NCBI GenBank assembly: GCA_964597675.1
Contig: CAZQYV010000001.1
Location: 81,644 to 145,643 of the forward strand
DNA length: 64,000 nt
Source: an uncultured Candidatus Saccharibacteria bacterium
Lineage (GTDB): Bacteria; Patescibacteriota; Minisyncoccia; Phycocordibacterales; DATDWN01
Reading direction: 5' to 3'
A program made the position numbers and the translations under genes. Below are positions 49,742 to 59,949 of this stretch, piece by piece (positions within the stretch are counted from its first letter, which is position 1; each line of letters begins with the position of its first letter). The notes below the pieces were generated by a model. It searched no databases. It worked only from the letters and a program-made list of their open reading frames with translations, and was not told the origin of the DNA.

Positions 49742-50377
49742 CTACTGGATGGAGAGACTCTTTAATATATCATTAAATATACTTTCAGATTTTGATGGAG
49801 AAATAACTCCGGGGACAGCAAGGACCTTGTCTCGAGCTTCCTTAACGATAGCCGAAGAAAGAGCCTGAATAGATGCCTGATTTATCACAAGTGTTTCTGT
49901 AGTGCCGGCAGGGAAATAGTAGGTGGTTTGGCCACACCCTTCTGCGCCCTCGTATATTGCAAAGCCAGATAGTTTGCCGATTTTGAATGTTTCAATAAAT
50001 CCAGGAGAGGAGACCAATTCATCATTTATAAAATTTTCTTGTGGAATGTACGGGCTTAGGGTGCGTACGGTGTCAGTTAGATTTTTTTGAATGATTCGAA
50101 TAGTGACATTGAAATCGGTCAATCGCTCGTATGTTTTTGTATCACCCATCATGTCGCATGCACCAGTATTGAGATAGGGGATATCGTGGTGGAGTGTAAC
50201 AACATCATCGGTGGTGTTGACCGAAAGTATTTTAGGATATGTAAAGCCGACACCAACACGAGCATTTCGGTATGTTCCGGTTGTTGAATTTGTAATCTGG
50301 GTTTTTCCTTTTTTGAAATACCACAAGCCTCCGAGAATGATAATGCAGATTGCAATAATGATGTACGTTCGTTTCAT
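49742..50377 (-). CDS. hypothetical secreted or membrane-anchored protein
   Basis: Start assigned at MKRTYIIIAICIIILGG (signal anchor). Confidence 0.45.
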   Translation of the reverse strand: MKRTYIIIAICIIILGGLWYFKKGKTQITNSTTGTYRNARVGVGFTYPKILSVNTTDDVVTLHHDIPYLNTGACDMMGDTKTYERLTDFNVTIRIIQKNLTDTVRTLSPYIPQENFINDELVSSPGFIETFKIGKLSGFAIYEGAEGCGQTTYYFPAGTTETLVINQASIQALSSAIVKEARDKVLAVPGVISPSKSESIFNDILKSLSIQ

Positions 50378-50433
50378 ACCCAGAGTATACCACATCACCT
50401 TTTTTGGGTTATGTGGATAGTATTTTAGACAAA

Positions 50434-50462
50434 CAAAATCCGCCCTCCACCGGATTTTGTTG
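50434..50462. terminator. bidirectional hairpin terminator
   Basis: aaaatccg-ccctccac-cggatttt. Confidence 0.6.
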
Positions 50463-50503
50463 CCCGATGTTGGGCGGTAATCGAACAACTCAGACTGTTT
50501 GAG

Positions 50504-50758
50504 TCATTGCTTGTGGACTCCTTTCTTCGGTAGTCTTTTCAGGAGACCTTCGATTTCAGCGATGTTCCTCACGTGTGGCAGTGTCTTGCTGAGAAAATCC
50601 CTCTCAACTTCTTCAACCGCCGTGAGTGTTCGAGGTGGAATCATGCAGTGGGCGCAGTTAAGTTCTGCCAACCGCAATACTTTTTTGTGTACTTCTGGGA
50701 GTCGCGACTCCCTTCTTTTTATTGCGACGAACTTTTTGATGTCTGTTCGGACACTCAT
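50504..50758 (-). CDS. GC-rich hypothetical protein (84 aa) with its own promoter, RBS and terminator
   Basis: Minus-strand promoter ttgacaagaaagtgatttgggtgtataat at 50821-50849; RBS aggaaaggag. Confidence 0.5.
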   Translation of the reverse strand: MSVRTDIKKFVAIKRRESRLPEVHKKVLRLAELNCAHCMIPPRTLTAVEEVERDFLSKTLPHVRNIAEIEGLLKRLPKKGVHKQ

Positions 50759-50852
50759 CAAAGAACTCCTTTCCTAACTCTCGGTTCACCAATTTCCTCT
50801 AGGATGTTATTTACAATTGTATTATACACCCAAATCACTTTCTTGTCAACCA

Positions 50853-50920
50853 TTTTTCGAGTACAAAAAAGTCCTATTTCTAGGTGAAATTTGGGGGTAG
50901 TGGTGGCAGTTCGGCCTTCG
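50853..50920 (+). repeat. about 65 nt direct repeat, copy 1; copy 2 is at 51660-51727; the pair flanks the NYN-domain gene
   Basis: tttttcgagtacaaaaaag[t/c]cctatttctaggtg...ggggtagtgg[t/c]ggcagttcg. Confidence 0.6.
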
Positions 50921-51090
50921 CTATCTTGTCGATAAAATAAAAAGTAAAGCCCGCACCGAGTGCGAACTGTATTATTGTGAGCGGGGTATAAAATTTAAGC
51001 ATAAAAATGACGTCGACGGCCTAAATACAAAATACATCCAAATTAAGTATAGTTGTTGTTTAACATGAGCTTTTTGATATTATTATCATA

Positions 51091-51519
51091 ATGAAAAAGG
51101 AAAACAATCTAGCTTTCATAGATGGAGCAAATCTTCATATGGGTGTGACTTCTCTTGGTATTAAGTTAGATTATAAAAAATTTAGAGTATGGTTAACAGA
51201 TAAATTTTCAGTTTATACTGCATACATTTTTCTCGGAAATATTCCAAAATATTCAAATCTTTACGTCCATCTTCAAGAATCAGGATACAGAATAATTTTT
51301 AAGGAAGTTGTTTATGATGGAAATGGAAAAGCAAAAGGGAATTGCGATGCAGACTTAGTTTTAAAAACAGTTCAGTGGTTTTACGAAAATGAATATGATA
51401 ATGCTGTTATTGTTTCAAGTGATGGTGACTATGCTTCACTTGTAAATTTTTTGATTGATAAAAATAAACTAAGAGCTGTCGTTTCTCCTTCCGACGAAAA
51501 AAATGTTCCGTCTTACTAA
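51091..51519 (+). CDS. NYN/LabA-like (PIN-like) domain protein
   Basis: LAFIDGANL N-terminus and acidic residues typical of the NYN domain. Confidence 0.6.
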   Translation: MKKENNLAFIDGANLHMGVTSLGIKLDYKKFRVWLTDKFSVYTAYIFLGNIPKYSNLYVHLQESGYRIIFKEVVYDGNGKAKGNCDADLVLKTVQWFYENEYDNAVIVSSDGDYASLVNFLIDKNKLRAVVSPSDEKNVPSY

Positions 51520-51775
51520 AAAGAACAAAAGCTAAAATTTATTATTTGAAAGATAAGAAAAATACACTTACATAAAAAAAGACCCCCAATGAAGACGAGC
51601 TTCACAAGGGTTCTTTTCGTAGTGATATTAAAAGTATATCAAACTGTTCGTGAATGTCAAATAAATATTTTTCGAGTACAAAAAAGCCCTATTTCTAGGT
51701 GTTGTTTAGGGGTAGTGGCGGCAGTTCGCCCTTTGCCTTAAAATTTTCTCGTCAGAAAATTTAATATTGTGGGAG

Positions 51776-52045
51776 TTATGGTTGTTTAGTTTCTAATCCG
51801 AGATTGAATTTTTCTATAAGCATTTCTTTCTTTTCTCGTCTCCATTTTTTGATTTGTATTTCTCTCTGTCTGGCATGAGCAAGTGTTTCATATTTTTCTA
51901 AAAAGACAATTTGGAGGTTATGTTTTATTTTTGTGAAGTTGGATCCTCTTTTTTCATTATGATAAAGAACTCGTTGCTTTGGGTTTTTAGTGATACCTAC
52001 ATACAAAATATTATCAGGGTTTTTGATCATGTATACGAAAAACAT
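51776..52045 (-). CDS. small GIY-YIG domain nuclease
   Basis: YMIKNPDNILYVGITKNPKQRVLYHN GIY-YIG signature. Confidence 0.7.
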   Translation of the reverse strand: MFFVYMIKNPDNILYVGITKNPKQRVLYHNEKRGSNFTKIKHNLQIVFLEKYETLAHARQREIQIKKWRREKKEMLIEKFNLGLETKQP

Positions 52046-52067
52046 AAATTAATTATAACAAAAGCTG

Positions 52068-52090
52068 CCAAAGGCAGCTTTTGTGTGTTA
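52068..52090. terminator. perfect palindromic terminator downstream of the tmRNA
   Basis: aaaagctgcc-aaa-ggcagctttt. Confidence 0.6.
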
Positions 52091-52193
52091 ATACAGTCCC
52101 TCGAATCCCTCGGGACACTCGACTCGTAAGTACCATCTTGTTTTTAGGTGGTTTACCACGAGCGAGTTCCAAGTAATCTTGGGACGAGTCGAG

Positions 52194-52588
52194 TGGAAGT
52201 GGCGGCATCGAAGCCGCGTCCATAGAAGGAACTAAAATGTGTCTACAGCGTGTAGTTTGTTTTATATTTAATCATCTATACTATGTAACAAACAAAATGT
52301 ATAAGTGACGATTCTCAATGTTTCAAACGATGAGTCGAGACACACCCATGTTCTAGCTAAAAATATATCAATCAACCTCCCGTATTAGCGTCAGGGAAGC
52401 GACCGTCTCCTTGGCGTCGGCTTATGCTCGAGCGAAAGAGAAAGCAAAGTCATTCATACTAAAGTATGGTGATGTTGCTTTTGAAGCTACAGTATTTGCA
52501 TGTAGGCTTTTCTGTACCGTTTTAGGAGAGCACAGAACTCCGCGTTGCGCAGATCAATTCTTTTCTATGTCAAAACCTGTCACCCCCG
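52194..52588 (-). ncRNA. ssrA: tmRNA (ssrA), one-piece, about 395 nt
   Basis: Immediately downstream of smpB; the 5' GGGGGTG pairs with the 3' CACTTCC-A giving a G3-U70 wobble and an A73 discriminator; T-arm GCGGC-TTCGAT-GCCGC; candidate tag frame from about nt 88 ending ...NDFAFSFARA-stop; the exact tag start is unresolved. Confidence 0.6.
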
Positions 52589-52694
52589 CAAAATGTGCCT
52601 GCCATGGAAGGCAGTTGCAGATTTTCGCGTCCCGATACCACCCGTGTAGGGTGGTAGAGGGGCAGACGTACTTTGCGCGAAGCAGGTTTTGGTG

Positions 52695-53138
52695 TCAACG
52701 AACTTTGTGCTCTCGGTCTATATCGCGATCGCTCTGTCGTTTCTTGAGTGTCTCTCGTTTATCAAACTTCTTTTTACCACGGACAATAGCAATATCTACC
52801 TTGATCTTTGTACCCTTATTATACACCGAAATAGGTACAATTGTCAAGCCCTTTGTTTTCTCTGCTGTCTCAAGATCGAGGATCTCATTTTTCTTGAGTA
52901 GCAGTCGGCGATTACGATATGGGTCATAGTCAATTGGGGTGTTGTTTTCTTGGTAGGGTGGTATGAACATGTTGGTAACAAAGGCCTCTGTACCACGGAC
53001 TGTGACTCGGGCACCTTCGAGTGACCCCTGACTTCCCTTGAGGGATTTTACTTCATGACCAAAAAGCTCTATTCCTGCGGGATAGGTTTCCATTATTTCG
53101 TAATTCATGCCGGTCTTTCGGTTTGTAATGAGTGCCAT
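52695..53138 (-). CDS. smpB: SsrA-binding protein SmpB
   Basis: SmpB family, 147 aa. Confidence 0.9.
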   Translation of the reverse strand: MALITNRKTGMNYEIMETYPAGIELFGHEVKSLKGSQGSLEGARVTVRGTEAFVTNMFIPPYQENNTPIDYDPYRNRRLLLKKNEILDLETAEKTKGLTIVPISVYNKGTKIKVDIAIVRGKKKFDKRETLKKRQSDRDIDREHKVR

Positions 53139-53488
53139 GGCTAGATTGTACCCCGCTTGCTTGGTATTGACAATACAAATATCATGGAGTAACCTTTTTC
53201 TAGATCTGTACGATCTTTCCGTGGGAGGTTTCTTTTCGGTGAAGGAGAAACCACCATGAAGATCGCTTATCTGTAAAAGGCCTGTGGCAAACAGGCCGGG
53301 CTAAAGGTTGCTGCGTATTCTCGTCCTATCAGTAAAATGTGCACTCATTGCTGGTAATTTGAGTTTCAGAACAGAACCTTGCCCCTTCATCCGGATTACG
53401 TGCTCTATGCACAGCCGGGATGCCCCGACACGAGCGTCGGGGCATTTTACATTTCAATTTTTGTATTTTCATGTATAATACCCGTACT

Positions 53489-55420
53489 ATGGCAACTCCA
53501 GAAAAACCACAAAAACAAACAAAAATTATTATAAAAAAATCGCCAGATGGAAAAGGTGGCGGGGGATCAATCATAAGTTATGTTTTGTCTATTTTGATCA
53601 TATTTATGATCCTCTCTTCGCTTTACTCTCTTATTGTTAACCGGACAAAGACCACGAGCGAAATTCCTCTTTCCCAAGTCTCAACAGATATAAAATCTGG
53701 TTCCATCATTTATATTGTTGTAAAAGGGGATGAACTTGATCTCACATATAAAAACGGTGATATAAAAAAGACAAAGAAAGAATCAAACGAGGCGCTGTCT
53801 CAAACACTGGTCAACTACGGAGTGACGTCAGCGGAATTGGCTACTATAAAAATTGATATTAAAAATGAAACAGGACTTGGCTACTGGTTGCTAAATCTGT
53901 CACCAATTATTTTTCCAATTCTTTTTATTCTTGTGTTCATCTGGTTTATCACGCGACAAGTCAAAGGGGCCGGTATGCAAGCTCTTACTTTTGGCCAGTC
54001 CAAGGCGCGTATGATAGACCCAAATGACAAGACGCAGCGAGTGACATTTAAAGATGTTGCTGGGGCAAAGGAGGCAAAGGAGGAGCTAGCAGAAATTGTT
54101 GATTTTCTCCGTAATCCAAGAAAGTTTCTCGATATTGGTGCACGTATCCCTAAAGGAATTATTTTGATGGGTGCTCCAGGTACGGGAAAGACATTGCTTG
54201 CACGTGCGGTTGCTGGCGAAGCCGGTGTGGCATTCTTTTCTATTTCGGGATCAGAATTTGTGGAAATGTTCGTAGGTGTCGGCGCATCTCGCGTACGTGA
54301 TCTTTTTATGATGGCAAAGAAAACTGCACCATCAATTATTTTTGTTGATGAAATTGATGCGGTTGGTCGCGTACGCGGTGTCGGTGCCGGTGGAGGAAAT
54401 GATGAACGCGAGCAGACACTCAACCAAATTTTGGTAGAGATGGATGGGTTTGAACCAAACGAAAAAGTTATTGTTATGGCAGCAACAAACCGACCAGATG
54501 TTCTAGACCCCGCTCTGCTCCGTCCAGGCAGATTTGATCGCCGTGTGACACTTGATCTACCAGATCGCCTCGATCGTGAGGAAATATTGAAAGTCCATGC
54601 AAAGAAAAAACCACTCGCAGAAGATGTGAATCTCTCTGTCATTGCAGAGCGTACCCCAGGATTTTCTGGTGCAGATCTATACTCGCTTATGAACGAAGGG
54701 GCGATCCTTGCTGCTCGCGAGAGTCGCCAAAAAGTTTCCCAGTATGATTTGATTCGATCGATTGAAAAGGTCATGCTCGGTCCCGAGCGCAAGAGTCATA
54801 TTCTTTCGAAAAAAGAAAAAGAAATTACTGCATATCACGAAGCAGGGCATGCCGTACTCGCATCGCTTTTGCCATATGCAGACCCTGTCCATAAAATTTC
54901 TATTATCTCTCGTGGTCGTGCGGCGGGATACGTTTTGAAATTGCCACTCGAAGATCGCAAAATGCAGTCCAAGAAAGAATTTCTTGATGATATCGCGGTT
55001 TCTCTCGGTGGATATGTCACAGAAAAAATGTTGTTCGATGATTTGACCACAGGTCCATCAAATGATTTGCAGGTTTCGACGGCTCTCGCTCGAGATATGG
55101 TAACTAAATACGGTATGTCAGACGCTCTTGGTCCTATTGCTCTCGAAGGTCAAGGTGGTAAAGTTTTGTTTGGTCGTGGTGTAGAGGAGAGAGAATTTTC
55201 AGAAAGAGTTGCTGCCGAAATTGATTTTGAAGTTTCAAAAATAATGAAAGAGGCACAAGAAAAAGCATTCTCAACAATTACACTAAACCGACCACTACTG
55301 GATGCGATAGCTCGACGCCTAATTGAAGTCGAGACGATAGAACGGGCAGAATTCGAAACACTTCTTGTAGCCCATGGTATTACACCAAAACAAAAATTGG
55401 ATATTGAACATCAAGTGTAG
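53489..55420 (+). CDS. ftsH: ATP-dependent zinc metalloprotease FtsH
   Basis: AAA Walker [18 protein letters not shown] zinc site; start assigned to MATPEK with TATAAT 9 nt upstream. Confidence 0.9.
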   Translation: MATPEKPQKQTKIIIKKSPDGKGGGGSIISYVLSILIIFMILSSLYSLIVNRTKTTSEIPLSQVSTDIKSGSIIYIVVKGDELDLTYKNGDIKKTKKESNEALSQTLVNYGVTSAELATIKIDIKNETGLGYWLLNLSPIIFPILFILVFIWFITRQVKGAGMQALTFGQSKARMIDPNDKTQRVTFKDVAGAKEAKEELAEIVDFLRNPRKFLDIGARIPKGIILMGAPGTGKTLLARAVAGEAGVAFFSISGSEFVEMFVGVGASRVRDLFMMAKKTAPSIIFVDEIDAVGRVRGVGAGGGNDEREQTLNQILVEMDGFEPNEKVIVMAATNRPDVLDPALLRPGRFDRRVTLDLPDRLDREEILKVHAKKKPLAEDVNLSVIAERTPGFSGADLYSLMNEGAILAARESRQKVSQYDLIRSIEKVMLGPERKSHILSKKEKEITAYHEAGHAVLASLLPYADPVHKISIISRGRAAGYVLKLPLEDRKMQSKKEFLDDIAVSLGGYVTEKMLFDDLTTGPSNDLQVSTALARDMVTKYGMSDALGPIALEGQGGKVLFGRGVEEREFSERVAAEIDFEVSKIMKEAQEKAFSTITLNRPLLDAIARRLIEVETIERAEFETLLVAHGITPKQKLDIEHQV

Positions 55421-55503
55421 AAAATAAAAACAGTACCTCGGTGCTGTTTTTATTTTCTTGCATCTATTGTGGAGCGTGTGTATGATAGGGAAAGGAGAGT
55501 TTC

Positions 55504-55731
55504 ATGAGCACTAGTTCTATTTGTGACAGAATAAAGTATCTGCCTGAGGAGGGCGGATTTGTCCCGTGTGAGGGCAGATTGACTGCTCAGTTAATTGAGA
55601 ATGAGTGTGGTCAATTTTCAACACACCGAGTTTGTCCGAAGTGCGAAAAAGATTTCGGAGAGGTTGATTTGTTTTCATCTCCGCTTGACCTTACATCATC
55701 ACACAAACAACAACTGCTTAACTTTCGGTAA
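55504..55731 (+). CDS. small Cys-rich (zinc-ribbon-like) protein, 75 aa, as a self-contained cassette
   Basis: C..C...C..C spacing; RBS gggaaaggagag; promoter cttgca-18-tatgat; terminator ggccactctacggagtggcc. Confidence 0.45.
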   Translation: MSTSSICDRIKYLPEEGGFVPCEGRLTAQLIENECGQFSTHRVCPKCEKDFGEVDLFSSPLDLTSSHKQQLLNFR

Positions 55732-55771
55732 ACTTCTTTTCACGGGCCACTCTACGGAGTGGCCTCAATTT

Positions 55772-56029
55772 TTATTTACCACCCCATCTCCAATGAGGAC
55801 GTTCACCTTTTGCGTAGCAGATGATAAGAAGGAAAATGGTATCGATAATAAAAGGCAATGCAAAACTTGCAAAAAAATCACTAGGAGAGTTGGCGTATTT
55901 TTCAGAGAGCATTGCAAATTGAACAATAGGTGTCACATATAAAAGTGTCACCGCCCAACCCTGCCACGACACTGGGTACCAACCCCACCCGTACATTTTT
56001 GCTTTAAACCATAATTTGTTATTTTTCAT
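55772..56029 (-). CDS. small Trp-rich membrane protein
   Basis: ORF with two hydrophobic segments. Confidence 0.35.
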   Translation of the reverse strand: MKNNKLWFKAKMYGWGWYPVSWQGWAVTLLYVTPIVQFAMLSEKYANSPSDFFASFALPFIIDTIFLLIICYAKGERPHWRWGGK

Positions 56030-56067
56030 ATCTATATTTTATGCTAGTATAGCGATATGTTCAATAT

Positions 56068-56141
56068 GCGCGTGTAGCTCAGTTGGTTAGAGCTCGGAGC
56101 TTATACCTCCGTGGCCGGGGGTTCGAGTCCCTCCACGCGCA
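56068..56141 (+). tRNA. tRNA-Ile with anticodon UAU (reads AUA)
   Basis: Cloverleaf: acceptor GCGCGTG/CACGCGC, D stem GCTC/GAGC, anticodon stem CGGAG/CTCCG with loop CTTATAC, T arm GGGGG-TTCGAGT-CCCTC. Confidence 0.7.
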
Positions 56142-56145
56142 CAAG

Positions 56146-56970
56146 TTATCTAGGAAACTCTTCTACCAATTCATTTGAATCATAGAATTCTCGAGCAAGT
56201 GAGCCAAAACTATATGTATGGTCACCGATTTTTATTTCAGCACCACCTGACTGTGGGTCAGAATGTGGACGCGATCCATTGAAGCCGATATTGTATAGTG
56301 TTGCTAAAATATTAGACCTACCAGAAATATCAAAACCAGCATTTTTCCACTGTGTCATGATCTGTTTCAAATAGAGCCCGGCATATAGGTAACTGTAGTA
56401 GTGGTCGTGCTGGTCTGTCATACGGGTGAATCGCTCTTGTTTAATGTCTGCGGTCTTGAAATCAAGCATGTGTTCATATGTTGGTCCGAGGTAGTATGCT
56501 GATGATCTGTCTTTCAGATTATTTTCTATTTCAATCGCTGTCTCTTCTTTGGTGCCCATCACACCCCATGAAAACTGTGTTTGGCTACCAAGTATTTTCA
56601 ATGGCTCAAAAAACTTTTTGTACGATTCGCGCTCCGTATAAAAAAGACGAAGTTGTTCGACAACAAGTTGGGTGATAATCAGGCGAGGGGACACCCCTGC
56701 AGTCGCGCTCGCTCGGTAAATCACTGCTTTGTCTTTCAATATAGCAGCTCGTATTGTCTGCCATTCTGGCAGTGTCGCCCAGTACATGTCACTAGGTGAA
56801 TTGGTTACAGTTTCAGGTGTTTTTCCGCCATCGAGGAAGTTTTGACGTTGGGTATCAATCACTCCGCTTGTGTTTGTTAGTCCATATTTCACAGCAAAAA
56901 ATCCGGCTGTTAGTCCAAAGCCGATGAAAGCAAATATATAAACTAATATAGTAAATATTTTTTTTGGCAT
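56146..56970 (-). CDS. hypothetical membrane-anchored protein (274 aa)
   Basis: N-terminal TM; no family recognised. Confidence 0.45.
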   Translation of the reverse strand: MPKKIFTILVYIFAFIGFGLTAGFFAVKYGLTNTSGVIDTQRQNFLDGGKTPETVTNSPSDMYWATLPEWQTIRAAILKDKAVIYRASATAGVSPRLIITQLVVEQLRLFYTERESYKKFFEPLKILGSQTQFSWGVMGTKEETAIEIENNLKDRSSAYYLGPTYEHMLDFKTADIKQERFTRMTDQHDHYYSYLYAGLYLKQIMTQWKNAGFDISGRSNILATLYNIGFNGSRPHSDPQSGGAEIKIGDHTYSFGSLAREFYDSNELVEEFPR

Positions 56971-57013
56971 GAGATTTTTCTATTGTGTGTTCCAACATAA
57001 CACGACAGAGACA

Positions 57014-59170
57014 TTATTCAAAGTGTACAGAATTATTTTTGTCAGAAATCCGTTGAAGCAGGGTGGGGTGTCTTGCAAGTGCTGGGTCTGTGTCAATTAT
57101 CTTTGTTGCTTCTGTTCGGGCTGCCTCTACCATTTTAATATTTTTGAGGGCTTCCATAGCAAGGTCAGAGATGCCCCATTGCTTTCTGCCATACAGATCA
57201 CCAGCACCGCGTTGAGCAAGATCAAATTCAGCCAGTTCAAACCCATTTTTGGCTGTGATAAGAGCTTTCAATCTGTCACGAGTTTTTTGCCCGTTACTTT
57301 CAGGGAAAACGTAGCAATACGCTTGGTGGTTCGAGCGGATAACTCGACCACGGAGCTGGTGTAGTTGGGAGAGACCAAATCGCTCCGCCCCTTCAATAAT
57401 AATCATAGTGGCATTTGGTACATTGACGCCCACTTCGACCACAGATGTCGCGACCAAAATATCTATTTTTTTCGAAGCAAAGTCATGCATCACTTTTTCT
57501 TTTTCCACAGGTGTCATTTTGCTGTGAACAATGCCAATATGCCACGATTGGAATATATTTTTTTTCAGTCTCTCCGCTTCCATGGTCACAGATTTTGCAA
57601 TAACTGCCATTTCTTTGGTTGGATTAGGCTCATCAATACGTGGACAGATAACATACAGTTGTCTACCATTTTGAAGTTCTTGTTTTATTGCTTCATATAT
57701 TGCGTCACGCTCGGCCGGTACAATAATTTTGGTAATAATTGGTTTTCGGCCTGTTGGCATTTGGTCGAGGAGAGTCAGATCAAGGTCTCCGTAGAGAGTG
57801 AGGGCTAGTGTACGGGGTATAGGAGTTGCAGTCATAGAAAGTAAATGGGGGACAAGTCCTGATTTTTGAGCAAGTTTTTGCCTCTGGGCAGTGCCAAAAC
57901 GGTGTTGTTCATCGATTACCACAAAGGCGAGATGTTTGAACGTGACTGATTTTTGTATGAGCGCATGGGTACCAATCAGTATTGGCACTTCACCGTTTGC
58001 AACCCATTTTAGTAGTTGTGCTCGAGAGATATGTGTCGGCAAATTTGGATTACTTTTTGATGGGAATATTTGGCATCCACTTCCTGTGATGAGGCCAACT
58101 TTAATCGGTAGGTGCCGGAAGTATTGAATAAAGTTTTCATAATGTTGTTTTGCTAGTATTTCTGTTGGTGCCATGTAGGCAGTTTGTAGATGACCAAAAT
58201 CCTTGCCTTGTGGTCGAGCAATGACAGTGGCAAATGCACAGGTGGCTGCTACGGCGGTTTTGCCCGAGCCTACATCGCCCTCAAGTAGTCGCGACATAGG
58301 TTGCCCTTTTTTAAAATCCGCAACAATAGTTTCTATTGCATGTTTTTGTGCGTCGGTTGGTGTAAAAGGGAAACGGGACATAAAATCTGTAATATCTTTT
58401 TTGCTTGTTTCAATAACAAATGATTTTTCTGTCTGCCACAGTTTTCTATCCTTTTGTTTTTGGAGTTGAATAAAAAATATTTCTTCGAATGCAAATCTTT
58501 TTCGGGCGGACAATGCATCAGATTCTTTTTTTGGAGCATGTATCCAGATCAGCGCCGTCTTGAGTGTGGGGAGATTATATATATGTAAAATATCCTCTGG
58601 TATTTCATCCTGTACCATATCGAGCACTCCCTGCGACATTATTTTTTGTATAGCGTGGTACAACCAATTCGACGTAATACCTCTACTTTCAGGATAGACC
58701 GGGTAGAGCGAATGTTCTTCGCCATCACTACCAAAGAGCGACTGACCTACAGCGATTGGCATGTCTCGGACAACTTCTATTTTCGGGTTACTCATGTATC
58801 TCTCGCCACGACGCTCGGATATTTTTCCTTCTGCACGCACCGGTTGCCCATCATGAATCATTTTGGCGATGTATGGTTGGTTAAACCAAACACATTTTAT
58901 TTTGCCAGTTTCGTCTGTAATCGTTCCTTCAGACATAGGAATCTTTTTAACATAGGCTTTGCTTGTTTTGAGTCCAGATATTGTGCCGAAAACTACCGCC
59001 TCCTCGCCAGTACCGAGTGATTCCACAGATTTGACTTGGTTTGTATTGCCGTATCGTGTGGGGAAGTGGTAGAGCACATCGTATATTGTAGCGATACCCA
59101 GTTTTGATAGGGCTTTTTTCTGTATCGGAGTCAGTCGAAAGTGGTCCGTAAGTGGTGAGTTTGGTCGCAT
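57014..59170 (-). CDS. recG: ATP-dependent DNA helicase RecG
   Basis: Wedge domain and helicase motifs GDVGSGKT, DEQHRFG; start probably at MRPNSPL. Confidence 0.85.
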   Translation of the reverse strand: MRPNSPLTDHFRLTPIQKKALSKLGIATIYDVLYHFPTRYGNTNQVKSVESLGTGEEAVVFGTISGLKTSKAYVKKIPMSEGTITDETGKIKCVWFNQPYIAKMIHDGQPVRAEGKISERRGERYMSNPKIEVVRDMPIAVGQSLFGSDGEEHSLYPVYPESRGITSNWLYHAIQKIMSQGVLDMVQDEIPEDILHIYNLPTLKTALIWIHAPKKESDALSARKRFAFEEIFFIQLQKQKDRKLWQTEKSFVIETSKKDITDFMSRFPFTPTDAQKHAIETIVADFKKGQPMSRLLEGDVGSGKTAVAATCAFATVIARPQGKDFGHLQTAYMAPTEILAKQHYENFIQYFRHLPIKVGLITGSGCQIFPSKSNPNLPTHISRAQLLKWVANGEVPILIGTHALIQKSVTFKHLAFVVIDEQHRFGTAQRQKLAQKSGLVPHLLSMTATPIPRTLALTLYGDLDLTLLDQMPTGRKPIITKIIVPAERDAIYEAIKQELQNGRQLYVICPRIDEPNPTKEMAVIAKSVTMEAERLKKNIFQSWHIGIVHSKMTPVEKEKVMHDFASKKIDILVATSVVEVGVNVPNATMIIIEGAERFGLSQLHQLRGRVIRSNHQAYCYVFPESNGQKTRDRLKALITAKNGFELAEFDLAQRGAGDLYGRKQWGISDLAMEALKNIKMVEAARTEATKIIDTDPALARHPTLLQRISDKNNSVHFE

Positions 59171-59340
59171 ATTTCTATTGTACCATGAAGGATCTTCTTT
59201 TTTGATTTTGCTTTCATGAAATACGAGACATGTGTATATCAATGTGTGTCAATGGAGGCACTTGACAGAAAGGGGGTGAGTATGGTAGGGTGCGGGTGCT
59301 GTTCTTTACAGTAAATCCAAAGTTAGAGGAGGGGACAAAG

Positions 59341-59886
59341 ATGAAGATCTTTTCCCGTTTTTCCATTTTCGTGCTCATCCTTGTGGTGAGCATCATGATT
59401 GTTCCAGCATCGGCGGCGACCTTGTGGTCGCAGCAGTGGGACTCGACCCCGGCATTTCCGGGGACGTTCAATCGGATAGAAATCGCAATGGGTGCTGGTG
59501 GTGGCCAGTTTGGCGGGCCTCTCTCGGGCTTTACGACAGGCTCCGGATGGGTAACCACTTTTGATCCTTATTTTGTGACGGCTACGTCGGCGACCACAAT
59601 GAACGGGTCACCCGGTACCGATAATCTCTGGGATATCAATTTCGGCACGCCTTTGAATCAGCCCCTCGCTGTTCAACTCAAGTTCTATATGGACACAGAG
59701 TTGAAGTCCACCGACACGTGGGGATACGATGGTTTGGGACAGGGCAATAACCCTGTCGGGAACTGGCACCACCTCTCCAATGATGGGTTCCAAGGTGTAC
59801 CTGAGCCAAGCACCTACGCGCTGATGGGCGCAGGTCTCGCGGCGCTGAGTTTCATTCGCCGTCGTCGGCAAACAGCCGGCAAATAG
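59341..59886 (+). CDS. PEP-CTERM sorting-signal protein, GC-rich
   Basis: Signal peptide, Gly-rich body, C-terminal VPEPSTYALMGAGLAALSFIRRRRQ; RBS agaggagggg. Confidence 0.65.
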   Translation: MKIFSRFSIFVLILVVSIMIVPASAATLWSQQWDSTPAFPGTFNRIEIAMGAGGGQFGGPLSGFTTGSGWVTTFDPYFVTATSATTMNGSPGTDNLWDINFGTPLNQPLAVQLKFYMDTELKSTDTWGYDGLGQGNNPVGNWHHLSNDGFQGVPEPSTYALMGAGLAALSFIRRRRQTAGK

Positions 59887-59949
59887 TTCGTTCGTCCGTC
59901 TCCATGGTGGGAGACAAAAAATAAAGCGGATCCGCATGGGTCCGCTTTT

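Noticed and set aside
50853-51727. The 65-nt direct repeats as copies of the tmRNA 3' end (att duplicates)
   Set aside because: Similarity to the tmRNA T-arm region is partial and orientation-ambiguous because of the palindromic TTCGAA core; kept only as generic direct repeats
53881-54792. 303-aa ORF antisense to ftsH
   Set aside because: Lies within the well-supported FtsH gene; Arg/Ser-rich nonsense frame
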